Source: Cyclobacteriaceae bacterium (GTDB lineage Bacteria; Bacteroidota; Bacteroidia; Cytophagales; Cyclobacteriaceae). From it: a stretch of 32,000 bases of DNA. Location: contig JANQPQ010000004.1 in assembly GCA_028285445.1 (NCBI GenBank), positions 90,672 to 122,671 on the forward strand, given 5' to 3'. The first letter of the stretch is position 1, and each line of letters opens with the position of its first letter. Made by a program: the position numbers and the translations under genes. Below, in pieces: positions 7,429 to 22,700 of the stretch. The notes under the pieces are model-generated. The model worked only from the letters and a program-made list of their open reading frames with translations, was not told where the DNA came from and ran no database searches.

Positions 7429-8196
7429 TTATCTACCCAATACACGCATTTCGTTTTCACAATAGATTTCGATTGCCACAAGCATGAAATCAGCCAAACC
7501 TTTCCGGTACTTATCGTAGTATCCCCGGAAACGTTCGTCGGTAGTATACATCCTGGCAAGGCCAAGGTACCTTTCCTTATTGATTTCAGTGAAATTCTCA
7601 AGGTATTGGCGGTGTTCATTAATGGCAGATTGCACCAATCTTGAGGCCGGATCCTGATTGGCAATTTCCGCCAGTAGCTCGTTTACGGCTTCCCCTTTAG
7701 CCTGAATGTCGTCAAATTCACCGGTGGTCAACTGGCGTAGCTTTTCCTCGCTTGCAAGGAGTTGGTCTTCTCCCCATTTTTCAACCACTTCCTTGCGGTA
7801 CACTTCCTTTTCCTCTTTGGAGAAGCCCTTGTACATTTCATCATCTGTAAGCATTTCCTTTTTCTTTTTAAGTTGATCAATAGTCCGCCTGATGGTACTC
7901 GTAAGCGTTTTGAGCCTGTCAATCTCCGACTCCATCTCAGCCAGATGAAACTCCAGGGACTCCAAAAGGTCAAATCCCGGCTTATCCAGAATTTCTTTGA
8001 TAGACCGAAGTGGAAAATTGAGCTCTCTGAAGAACATGATCTGTTGCAATCGGGTCAGCTCACGTTTTCCATACTGCCTGTACCCAGCAGACGTACGCTG
8101 TCTGGGGCTTAGAAGGCCAATCTGATCATAGTAGTGCAATGTGCGTACACTTACACCTGCCAGTTTAGAAAGCTCCTTTACACTGTAATTACTCAT
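7429..8196 (-). CDS. MerR-family transcriptional regulator with a TipAS-like C-terminal effector domain
   Basis: MSNYSVKELSKLAGVSVRTLHYYDQIGLL is a canonical MerR wHTH. The C-terminus ..LGLARMYTTDERFRGYYDKYRKGLADFMLVAIEIY is TipAS-like. The ATG at 8196 is preferred. The listed ORF start at 8208 is a TTG four codons upstream. Confidence 0.88.
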   Translation of the reverse strand: MSNYSVKELSKLAGVSVRTLHYYDQIGLLSPRQRTSAGYRQYGKRELTRLQQIMFFRELNFPLRSIKEILDKPGFDLLESLEFHLAEMESEIDRLKTLTSTIRRTIDQLKKKKEMLTDDEMYKGFSKEEKEVYRKEVVEKWGEDQLLASEEKLRQLTTGEFDDIQAKGEAVNELLAEIANQDPASRLVQSAINEHRQYLENFTEINKERYLGLARMYTTDERFRGYYDKYRKGLADFMLVAIEIYCENEMRVLGR

Positions 8197-8215
8197 CTTT
8201 TCGGACAACCGATGG

Positions 8216-8248
8216 CAAAGAAATGCTATTACGTAACGTTAGGGTCAA
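8216..8248 (-). promoter_or_regulatory. Candidate autoregulated MerR-type promoter/operator
   Basis: The minus strand reads TTGACCC-TAACGTTA-CGTAATAGCA-TTTCTTTG. That is TTG (-33-like), the overlapping 8-bp palindromes TAACGTTA and TTACGTAA in the spacer, and a near TAnnTTTG -7 box (one mismatch) 20 nt before the ATG at 8196. Confidence 0.35.
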
Positions 8249-8343
8249 ACAAAATTGCAACTTTTTTTAGCCATTGTTAAACCCTATTACGGGCCTTCCA
8301 GGCCGGTTTTAATATTGGGATAATAATCCATAGATTAGCTGGC

Positions 8344-8351
8344 TAACTTTG
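8344..8351 (+). promoter_or_regulatory. Bacteroidota-type -7 box (TAACTTTG) upstream of the glycoside-hydrolase operon
   Basis: Exact match to TAnnTTTG, ending 14 nt before the ATG at 8366. The nearest upstream TTG (8315-8317) is farther away than the usual spacing, so this is tentative. Confidence 0.3.
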
Positions 8352-8365
8352 AGCAGAATTTCCCG

Positions 8366-13543
<5,178 letters not shown>

Positions 13544-13544
<1 letters not shown>

Positions 13545-15112
13545 TGAATTTTTCTGGCATAGATTTAATTCTTTTCATTGGATATATCCTGGTAATCGCT
13601 GGAATTGGAGTATGGCTATCAGCCAGGAGCAAACACAAAAACGCTGAGGGGTATTTCCTGGCTAGTAAATCTTTGCCCTGGTGGGCGGTGGGTGGTTCCT
13701 TAATCGCTTCAAATATTTCTGCCGAGCAATTTATCGGTATGTCAGGCTCCGGCTACGTGGTAGGAATGGCTATTGCATCTTATGAACTTATGGCTGCATT
13801 AACGCTGGTGCTGGTAGCCAAATATTTCCTGCCAATCTTTCTGAAGAATAACATTTCTACCATGCCTCAGTTTCTTGAGCATAGGTTTGATAGTAGGGTA
13901 AGAACGGGGCTGGCAATATTCTGGGTAATGTTGTTTGTGTTCGTGAATATTACAACGGTTTTGTATTTGGGTGGATTGGCACTGGAGACTATCATGGGTA
14001 TAGAACTAATCTACGGCATAATTGGTCTGGCATTGTTCGCAGCAACATTTTCGATATTTGGTGGGCTTAAGGCTGTTGTGTGGACGGATGTGATTCAAGT
14101 GGTGGTATTGGTACTCGGTGGCCTCACTGCAAGTATCCTGGTCTTGCAAGCCATTGATGGTAATGCTATTTCAGGATTTAATACGCTTATTGAAAAGGCC
14201 CCGGAGAAATTCGATATGATCCTGGCCAAATCGCATCCGGAGTACATCAATCTACCCGGTATTAGTGTGTTGATTGGTGGTATGTGGATTGCCAACATCT
14301 ATTACTGGGGAAACAATCAGTATATCATTCAGCGAGCCCTGGCGGCAAAGAACCTCAAGGAAGCGCAATTGGGCACTCTCTTCGCGGCCTTCCTCAAAGC
14401 ACTATTGCCAATTATTGTGGTGGTTCCCGGCATAGCCGCTTTTGTACTTGGAGCAGAAATATCAAAACCTGATGAAGCCTACCCCTGGGTCATCAGTAAT
14501 TATGTTACAGTGGGGTTTAAAGGTATTGCCTTTGCTGCCTTAATTTCAGCCATTGGGTCATCGCTAAGTTCAATGGTTAACAGTGCTGCAACTATTTTCA
14601 CCCTGGATATTTACAAGCCAATTGCGGTAAAAGGTAAAAGGCAACGTGACGATTTAGAGAAGCATCTTGTAGCCGTAGGGAAGCGCGTTTCCGCCGTCTT
14701 CCTAATCTTGGGGATTGTGGTTGCTCCACTTCTTGGCAATCTTGATCAAGTATTCCAATATATCCAAGAGTATACGGGATTCATAAGTCCCGGGGTGGTG
14801 GTGATATTCCTCTTTGGGTTTTTCTGGAAACGTACTTCAGCAAATGCAGCCTTCTGGGTTGTATTATTGGCCATTCCGCTTTCCGCGGGAATAAAATATC
14901 TCTTTCCAACATTTCCATTCATGGACCGGATGGGAATAAGTTTCCTGCTGCTATCGGCAGTGATTGCTATCATCTCCTTAATAGAGAATAAGAGTGAAGA
15001 TCCAAAAGCCCTTTCGAACGAACCCGGAATGTTCAAAACCACTCCGTTATTCAATATTTTAACAATTATTATCTCCGCCATATTGGCTGCCATCTATGCA
15101 ATCTTCTGGTGA
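13544..15112 (+). CDS. Sodium:solute symporter family (SGLT-like) sugar transporter
   Basis: 522 aa, about 13-14 hydrophobic helices. The SSF-typical segment is GGLKAVVWTDVIQ. The start overlaps the lacZ stop in TAATG (13542-13546). Confidence 0.9.
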
Positions 15113-16271
15113 AGAAATAGCTCTATCCCGGAGAATCAGAAGCTACTTTAGTATAAGTAATGAAGAGCCTATTGTCATTGTACGGTCTCCGGGCAGGGTA
15201 AATCTGATTGGAGAGCACACAGATTATAACCTGGGGCTCGCCATGCCAGCAGCAATCGACAAAACCATTGTTGGCGGAATAATACCTAGTCCAAATAATA
15301 AAACGGAATTGCATGCATTGGATCTCAATGAGTCTTTTACGGTGCCCATAGAGAGCATTCAACCTCAACCCAAAGGGCATTGGGCCAATTACCTGCTTGG
15401 TGTTTTGTCACAGATTACTGAACAGCAACCAAACCTCGAACAATTTCATTTTGCCTTTTCAGGGAACATACCGATTGGAGCTGGCCTATCATCATCTGCT
15501 GCTTTGGAAAATTGTTTTGTATTTGCTCTTAATGAATACTTTGGTTTGAAGCACAGCCGCGAGAATATGATTAGCATTTCGCATAAAGCGGAGCACGATT
15601 TTGCCAAAGTTGAATGCGGTATTCTGGACCAATACGCCAGCATGATGGGTAGAAAAGGCAAAGCGCTTCTGCTCGATTGTCAGTCGAATACAGCCGAAGA
15701 GTTAGAAATAGATCTGGGTACGTATACCTTCCTTCTTGCTGATTCAGGTGTAACGCACTCTTTGGCTAGTTCATTATATAATAGGCGTAAGCTGGAATGC
15801 CAGTCGGCAATGTCTTCATTGCAAGAGGCCGACTTAGAATTAAAGTCATTACGAGACCTTGATACTTCGGAGCTTGAGGAAAAACAACATCTACTTTCGG
15901 AGATCGAATATGATCGCTGCAAGTATGTCCTGGCTGAAAATCGCCGAGTGCTACTGGCCAGGGAAGCGCTAAAGCGGGGTGCTATTACTGAGTTTGGAGA
16001 ACTTCTCTATGAAAGTCATTGGGGCCTCAGTGTTAATTATGAAGTAAGCTGTGATGAAATGGATTTCCTGGTGGAGCTTACAGAGCCACTGGATTCAGTG
16101 GCTGGCGCCAGGATGATGGGTGGAGGCTTTGGTGGCTGTACCTTAAACGTAGTGCAATCAGCATCTCTATCAGACTTTCAAGCCGTGGCTTCTAACCTTT
16201 ACAAAAAGAGATTTGGGAAAGAGCTCAAATTCTACCCTTTCCGTTTTGTAAACGGAACCTGTTTGCTTTAG
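15096..16271 (+). CDS. galK: Galactokinase
   Basis: 391 aa. Galactokinase signature GRVNLIGEHTDYN. GHMP ATP-binding motif PIGAGLSSSAA. The C-terminal motif is GARMMGGGFGGC. It overlaps the symporter gene by 17 nt. Confidence 0.95.
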   Translation: MQSSGEEIALSRRIRSYFSISNEEPIVIVRSPGRVNLIGEHTDYNLGLAMPAAIDKTIVGGIIPSPNNKTELHALDLNESFTVPIESIQPQPKGHWANYLLGVLSQITEQQPNLEQFHFAFSGNIPIGAGLSSSAALENCFVFALNEYFGLKHSRENMISISHKAEHDFAKVECGILDQYASMMGRKGKALLLDCQSNTAEELEIDLGTYTFLLADSGVTHSLASSLYNRRKLECQSAMSSLQEADLELKSLRDLDTSELEEKQHLLSEIEYDRCKYVLAENRRVLLAREALKRGAITEFGELLYESHWGLSVNYEVSCDEMDFLVELTEPLDSVAGARMMGGGFGGCTLNVVQSASLSDFQAVASNLYKKRFGKELKFYPFRFVNGTCLL

Positions 16272-16293
16272 TATTGCCGACTCTGGCTTTCCC

Positions 16294-17193
16294 ATGTACG
16301 ACGTTGTCTTATTAACCGAATCTCGTTACGAAGCACCCTCAGTATTAACTCCATATATAAAGGATGTACTTGCTGAAGATGGCCTTGTTTCAAACGCTTT
16401 GGAGAAACGGGGTTTGAAAGTGGCACGTGTTGATTGGAACCACTCCTACTTTGATTGGTCAACGGCGTCTTATGCACTATTTCGAACGACCTGGGACTAT
16501 TTTCAAAAGATTCAACTTTTTCAGCGGTGGTTGCAAAAAACGTCAACACTAACCTCTTTCATAAATCCATACCATCAAATCCAGTGGAACCTTGACAAGA
16601 CATACCTAAGGGATCTTGGCAAGAAGGGCATTAATATTCCTCCCACTATTTTCACAGACATTACAGGGCAGCAATCGCTAAGTGATATCATTAATGATAA
16701 CGGCTGGGACAAAGTTGTAGTGAAACCCGCCATCTCGGCCTCAGGTAGAGATACCTATCTGGTCGAAGGCAAAGACGCCAAAAACTTTGAGAAAAATTTC
16801 AGGCAGTTGGCCGATAATGAAACCATGCTAGTGCAGCCCTTCCAAAATGAAGTTATCACCCAGGGAGAAAAAGCCCTGATGTTTATTGATGGAAGATTCA
16901 GCCATGCCACATTAAAAGTTGCCAAAAAGGGGGAATTTCGTGTGCAAAGTGATTTTGGTGGATCAGTGGCGCTCTACGAAGCGAGTGAAAATGAAATCGA
17001 TTTCGGCAGGCAGGTGCTAGAGGCCTGTGATGAAGTTCCGGTTTATGCTCGCGTAGACATTATCAATGATAACCAAGGCAGGCTATGCCTGGTAGAATTG
17101 GAATTAATAGAACCTGAAATGTGGTTTAGGCTGTACCCCACAACTGCTGACCGGCTGGCAGATGCCGTAACTAAACATATGTCCAGAAATTAA
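16294..17193 (+). CDS. ATP-grasp fold protein (RimK / glutathione-synthetase-like), function unknown
   Basis: 299 aa. VVVKPAISASGRDTYLV, MLVQPFQNEV and ARVDIINDNQGRLCLVELELIEPEM fit the ATP-grasp phosphate-loop, hinge and Mg-binding pattern. It starts 22 nt after galK. Confidence 0.6.
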   Translation: MYDVVLLTESRYEAPSVLTPYIKDVLAEDGLVSNALEKRGLKVARVDWNHSYFDWSTASYALFRTTWDYFQKIQLFQRWLQKTSTLTSFINPYHQIQWNLDKTYLRDLGKKGINIPPTIFTDITGQQSLSDIINDNGWDKVVVKPAISASGRDTYLVEGKDAKNFEKNFRQLADNETMLVQPFQNEVITQGEKALMFIDGRFSHATLKVAKKGEFRVQSDFGGSVALYEASENEIDFGRQVLEACDEVPVYARVDIINDNQGRLCLVELELIEPEMWFRLYPTTADRLADAVTKHMSRN

Positions 17194-17196
17194 ACC

Positions 17197-18315
17197 TTAG
17201 GCTCTTCCGAAAGCCTTGAGAATTCTAACGTGCGACTTGATAGCCCCTATAAAAGTTTCATTCTCGATATAGGGCAAATTAAAGTCTTTAGCAGTTTGCT
17301 CTACAATTGGTGAGATTTTGCTGTAGTGGATATGACAAACCTTAGGGAAGAGGTGGTGCTCAATTTGAAAGTTCAGTCCACCAAACAGGAAATTGGCCAC
17401 AGGATTCTTTCGGGCAAAGTCGGCAGTTGTATACATCTGATGCGCGGCCCATGAATTATCAATTTCACCATTCTCATCCGGCGAAGGAAAATCCGTTCCT
17501 TCAACAGTATGCGCCAACTGAAATACCAAAGCTAGCGTGATACCTTCAACAATGTGCATTATCAGAAAGCCCATTAGGATATAATACCAAGGCAAATTGA
17601 TTACAGTAAAAGGTATAACGATGAACAAAGTATAATAAACAAGCTTGAAACCGATTAGCCTGAATAGTTCCCATTTAGGATGCCTCGTGTTATCGTAGTT
17701 CCCAATCTTAGTTTGAAAGTACTTTCGATAGTCCTTTAGAAAGACCCACGATAGTGATGTAAGTGGATATAGTAGAAAGGCATAAATATGCTGGTACTTA
17801 TGAATATTCCAACGCTCTTGCTCCGGGTTCAATCTTAGAATTGGAACTAACTCTATATCCTCATCATGATGGGGAATATTAGTATAAGTATGGTGGACGA
17901 TATTATGAGTGATCTTCCACATGTAGTCGTTAGCTCCGATGATATTAAACCAGAGCGCCACTGCTCTATTCACATAGTGATTCGAGGAAAAGGAGCCATG
18001 TATAGCATCATGGGCGATGTTAAGTCCAATAAGTGCAGTGAAGAATCCATTTACTATTGCTAGCAACAATACTACCCAGGGCGCGAAAAGATTCGAAATA
18101 ATCAATACATAAGTTCCCACAAACATTGTGAGGATAAATAATGTCTTTGCCACCATAGCACCATTGGCATGCTTTGATATTTGGCGGCTTTCGAAATACT
18201 CGTCTACCCTCCTCTTTACTTCAGGATAGAAATCGGCTAACCTGGTTTTATTGAATCTAATCTTGGAGGCCCCTGTGGCAGTTGATTGCGCAGGGGCAGC
18301 TATACTACTTTCCAT
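17197..18315 (-). CDS. Membrane fatty-acid desaturase, front-end (Delta6/DesD-like) type, without a cytochrome b5 domain
   Basis: 372 aa. His boxes HDAIHG, HNIVHH and QIEHHLFP; Q replacing the first His of box 3 is typical of front-end desaturases. There are four or more TM helices. Confidence 0.88.
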   Translation of the reverse strand: MESSIAAPAQSTATGASKIRFNKTRLADFYPEVKRRVDEYFESRQISKHANGAMVAKTLFILTMFVGTYVLIISNLFAPWVVLLLAIVNGFFTALIGLNIAHDAIHGSFSSNHYVNRAVALWFNIIGANDYMWKITHNIVHHTYTNIPHHDEDIELVPILRLNPEQERWNIHKYQHIYAFLLYPLTSLSWVFLKDYRKYFQTKIGNYDNTRHPKWELFRLIGFKLVYYTLFIVIPFTVINLPWYYILMGFLIMHIVEGITLALVFQLAHTVEGTDFPSPDENGEIDNSWAAHQMYTTADFARKNPVANFLFGGLNFQIEHHLFPKVCHIHYSKISPIVEQTAKDFNLPYIENETFIGAIKSHVRILKAFGRA

Positions 18316-18379
18316 ATTGTGTGTTTAAGTCATTCCCCTATCAGCCCTTGCGGGGTGTGGTCACAGGCGAACGATGTGC

Positions 18380-18387
18380 CAAAGATA
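18380..18387 (-). promoter_or_regulatory. Bacteroidota-type -7 box (TATCTTTG on the minus strand) upstream of the desaturase gene
   Basis: Plus strand caaagata at 18380-18387 is an exact TAnnTTTG on the coding strand, about 65 nt upstream of the ATG at 18315. Confidence 0.3.
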
Positions 18388-18706
18388 GGAAAAGATTGCC
18401 AATTCCTTCCATTGTAGCTTCTTTCGAGGTAAACCAGTAGTTCGATCTAAATATCATTTTACGGTTGCATTAAACTCATTTGCTCCAAGCTGTAGCCAGT
18501 CTACAGACCACTTAAGAAAGTCCACTGGCCCCGATGGTACAATTCTGTTAGCAGCCATGGGATTGAAAGTGATAATTACACAAATAGGCCTGCAATTGCT
18601 CTCAAGTACCAAAATCAGGCAGGAAAGGGCTTTATTCTTTGGACAAAACTGAGATAATACTATCTTGCATAAAATTTTTCAGGATCATTCTTAAACCTAC
18701 TAACTA

Positions 18707-19597
18707 ATGAAAATCAAAGATCTTTTAATCAAGCTATTGCCCTTGGTTTTGGTTGTTTTCGTTGCTTCATGTGGAGGGGAAAACCAAAGCGATGAGAATG
18801 CTTCAAAAGAATTTGATGAAGCAGAAGCTGAATTGAAAGAGCAAATTGAGGAGGTAATCCGGGAGATGCCCCCACCTTCTGAAATTCCATTCCTTTTGGA
18901 AGCTACCGGTGCAGACTACAATGGAGATGTGGTTAATGATATCAGCAAGGCCGACTCTTACCGGTCTACTAATGATAAATCAGCCCTAAACCTGGGTATC
19001 TATGCAGCAGATATAGGGTACCTGAGTTCGTACGAAAAAACTCAAGAGGCCCTCAACTATCTAAATACTTCTAAGAAGTTGGCAGATCATATTGGAGTTA
19101 TTGGAGCTTTTGATCTGGCATTATTACAACGCTTTGAAGATAATCTCGGCGATAGAGATTCGCTATCGACCATCATTAATGAGTCAATTACTAAGACTGA
19201 AGATTATCTGCGAACTGACGAAAGAAGCAAAATTGCCGCCATGGTGCTTACCGGAAGCTTCATTGAAGGGCTTCACATTTCTTGCAGCCTGGTTAAGTCC
19301 TATCCTAAAGATATTCTTCCCGATGATAGCCGAATACTAATTCTCACTCCATTGATTCGGGTAATCCTCGACCAGGAAAAGCCACTTGAAGATCTTATTG
19401 CCATGCTGGATTCTCTGGAGTTAGACGAAGATTCAGCAGCACTTTTAGAAGACCTTAAGGCGTTAAAGGCCTCTTACGAAGAATTGAATATTCAAGAGAA
19501 AATCAGTCAGAATCGATCTGATCTGGTTTTGACCGATGAAACGCTAGACGCTATCTACTCCAAGGTGGAGCAGATTCGTACCAGTATCACTAGTTAA
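18707..19597 (+). CDS. Hypothetical, predominantly alpha-helical lipoprotein
   Basis: 296 aa. The signal MKIKDLLIKLLPLVLVVFVASCGG has a lipobox. The body is acidic and helix-prone. I recognise no family. Confidence 0.65.
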   Translation: MKIKDLLIKLLPLVLVVFVASCGGENQSDENASKEFDEAEAELKEQIEEVIREMPPPSEIPFLLEATGADYNGDVVNDISKADSYRSTNDKSALNLGIYAADIGYLSSYEKTQEALNYLNTSKKLADHIGVIGAFDLALLQRFEDNLGDRDSLSTIINESITKTEDYLRTDERSKIAAMVLTGSFIEGLHISCSLVKSYPKDILPDDSRILILTPLIRVILDQEKPLEDLIAMLDSLELDEDSAALLEDLKALKASYEELNIQEKISQNRSDLVLTDETLDAIYSKVEQIRTSITS

Positions 19598-19620
19598 CTC
19601 TAAACTTACCTAAACTGTAA

Positions 19621-19650
19621 GGGGCTGAATTTATTCAGCCCTTTCTTTTT
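19621..19650 (+). terminator. Rho-independent terminator
   Basis: GGGCTGAA (19622-19629) / TTTA / TTCAGCCC (19634-19641) is a perfect 8-bp stem. It is followed by TTTCTTTTT and lies 24 nt after the stop at 19597. Confidence 0.75.
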
Positions 19651-19723
19651 GCTACCTATTCAAACCTTGAAAATCGCTTCTCGCGCATTATATTAGCCCT
19701 GCACTATCAACCCAGACTAACCT

Positions 19724-22700
19724 ATGAGTGAAGCATTGCTCAATGCAATCATAGAGCTATTTGCAATTGTGGCCAAGGAAGACGATGTTACTGAAAGTGA
19801 ACGGGATCAAATCGCTTCATTTCTAAAAGAGAATCTTAACGAGGCAACAGCCAAATCATACCTTAATAAGTTTGACGAAATTGCTGAAGTACTGGTAGCC
19901 CAGGATCGCGAAAGCGGTAATAGCAATGAACTGGAAGAGGTTCGCGAAATCTGCAGGCGAATTAATTTCGATCTCTCCTATCGCCAGAAAATAATTCTTA
20001 TTCAGCAGCTAGTAATGCTAATTCTGGCCGATGGTTATATCTCCGAACAAGAAGATGTTTTGGTGAAGGAAATTGGTGCCAGTTTTAAAGTGCCCGAGGT
20101 CGAGATTAATCAATTGATTTCCTTTGCCCAGGGTAATACCACAGAAGAGCTTAAATCCGAGGAGGTTCTGCTAATAAGCGCTAACCAGAATACCAATGGC
20201 CAGCTGCATATTAACAGGCCAAATATTAAAGGGTTTGCTTCTGTGTTAATGCTGCAATCAGCGCAGTTCTACTTTATCAAATACCTCGGCAACACCAACC
20301 TCTATTTAAACGGGGTGCCTCTAAGAACGGGAACAATTAAACCACTACCGGTTGGAAGTGCTTTGCGATCTGATAAGATGAAACCCGTGTATTATAGCGA
20401 TATAGCTAGTCGGTTTCAGCGGTCGCAGGGTGACAATGCAATATCGTTTCAAGCAAAAAACGTTACCTACAAGTTCCGAAATGGCGCCATCGGACTAAGA
20501 GACATAAATATTTCTGAGGAATCGGGAAGCTTAGTAGGACTAATGGGTGCAAGTGGCGCTGGTAAATCAACGCTGCTTAGTGTTCTGAATGGAAACGAGG
20601 CTCCGGCTGATGGCACGGTAGAAATTAACGGCATTGACATCTATTCAAAGAATTCTGACATAGAAGGAATTATAGGATATGTGCCTCAAGACGACTTGCT
20701 GATTGAAGAACTCTCCGTTTATCAGAACCTTTTCTATGCCGCGAAATTGTGCTTTAGCAATTTAAATGAAGCAGGAATAGATGACCTCGTAATAAAGACC
20801 TTAACCAGCCTGGGCTTACTCGAAGCCAAAAGTCTGAAAGTTGGTTCCCCACTTGAAAAGACCATAAGTGGAGGACAGAGAAAAAGACTCAACATCGGGC
20901 TTGAATTACTCCGAGAGCCAGCAATCCTCTTCGTAGATGAGCCTACTTCTGGCTTGTCGTCGAGGGACTCGGAAAACATTATGGATCTGCTTAAGGAGTT
21001 ATCCCTAAAGGGCAAATTGATTTTTGTAGTAATACACCAGCCATCGTCAGACATCTTCAAGATGTTTGATAAGATGGTTATTCTTGATGTTGGTGGCTAC
21101 CAGATATTCTATGGTAATCCACTGGAAGCAGTGACTTATTTCAAGGAAATAATCGAGCTAATCAACTCTGAACAGGGAGAGTGCATTGAATGTGGGAATG
21201 TAAACCCTGAGCAAATCTTCAACATTATCGAAACAAAGGTAATGGATGAATATGGCCGCTTCACCACCGAAAGGAAGATCACGCCCCAACAGTGGCATCA
21301 GTTTTACCAAGAACGAATCTCGCTGCCTGAGATTAAAAGCGTACAGGGACTTCCAGAGAAATCGCTCACTATTCCTAATTTCTTTAAGCAGCTTAGAATC
21401 TTTACAACACGCGATTTGTTGTCTAAAATTTCAAATCGGCAATACATGCTTATTAACCTCCTGGAGGCTCCACTGCTGGCATTCATCCTGGCATATATCG
21501 TAAAATTCTCTGGCAAGATGGAAGGGAGTGAATACATATTTGCCAAAAACGTAAACATACCGGCCTATATCTTCATGAGTATAATCGTGGCCTTATTCAT
21601 GGGACTCACTGTTAGCGCCGAAGAGATAATTAAGGATAGAAAAATTCTAAAGAGGGAGCAGTTTCTCAATCTTAGCCGCAGTAGTTATTTATTCTCGAAG
21701 CTCCTGCTGCTCTTTAGCATTTCTGCGGTACAAACACTTCTTTTTGTACTTATCGGTAACTTCATCCTGGAGATCAAAGACATGACTTTGACCTACTGGT
21801 TGGTTTTGTTTTCAACCTCTTGCCTGGCCAACCTCCTGGGGCTCAACATCTCATCTGCGTTTAACTCGGCAGTTACTATCTATATCCTTATACCGATTCT
21901 CTTGATTCCACAGCTCTTGCTCAGTGGAGTGGTAGTTAGCTTTGATAACCTCAACCCAACTTTAAGCAGCGCCAACAAAGTACCATTGGTCGGTGAATTT
22001 ATGGCTTCCAGATGGGCCATGGAAGCGACCATTGTTGACCAATACAAGAACAATAGATTCCAGGCAATTTTCTACGATTATGATCGCACCATGGGCAATG
22101 CCGACTATAAGAAAACCTACTATATTCCTGCCCTACTGTCTAAACTTGACTACAATCGCAATCATATCGACGACACTTTGGCTGATGCCATTGTCACTAT
22201 GAATGCCAATTTCGCCCTTTTAAGGAATGAAATATCCAAGGAGTTAAAGGTTGTTGGTGGAGACAAGTTTAATAAAACTGAACAACTAACTGTAGCAACT
22301 TTTAATGAGGATCTTTATAAAGAAACCTCGGAGTTCCTGGAAATCCTAAGGCGTTTTTACTCCATCCGCTTCAACAAGGCAAACGGTGCAAAGGATAAGA
22401 TTATAAGAGAGATGGTAAGTAGCCCGGAAAAACAGTTGGCCTATGAGAACTTACGAAATCTCTATCAAAATGAGCGCATTGAAGATGTTGTGAAAAACGT
22501 GGGACAAGCCGAACGTATTATCGAAGAAGATGGTGGGCTCGTCCAAAAAATCTATCCCATCTTCATGACACCTGATAGAAGCAATGCTTTCAAATTCCGA
22601 TCTCAGTTTTATGTTCCCGAGAAATCCGTTTTTGGCAATGTGTATGATACGCTTACGTTCAACTTAATTGTAATCTGGATAATGAGTATCATCCTCTACT

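Noticed and set aside
18345-18354. CCC-GCAA-GGG (minus-strand) GNRA-type mini-hairpin in the desaturase leader, considered as an RNA thermometer
   Set aside because: There are only 3 base pairs. It is too weak and too far from the start codon to argue for a function.
18454-18558. 34-codon minus-strand sORF (MAANRIVPSGPVDFLKWSVDWLQLGANEFNATVK) in the long desaturase-upstream gap
   Set aside because: It is short, has no signal or TM segment and no motif, and has no supporting promoter element. ORFs of this size are expected by chance in 391 bp. It is only worth revisiting if ribosome profiling shows occupancy.
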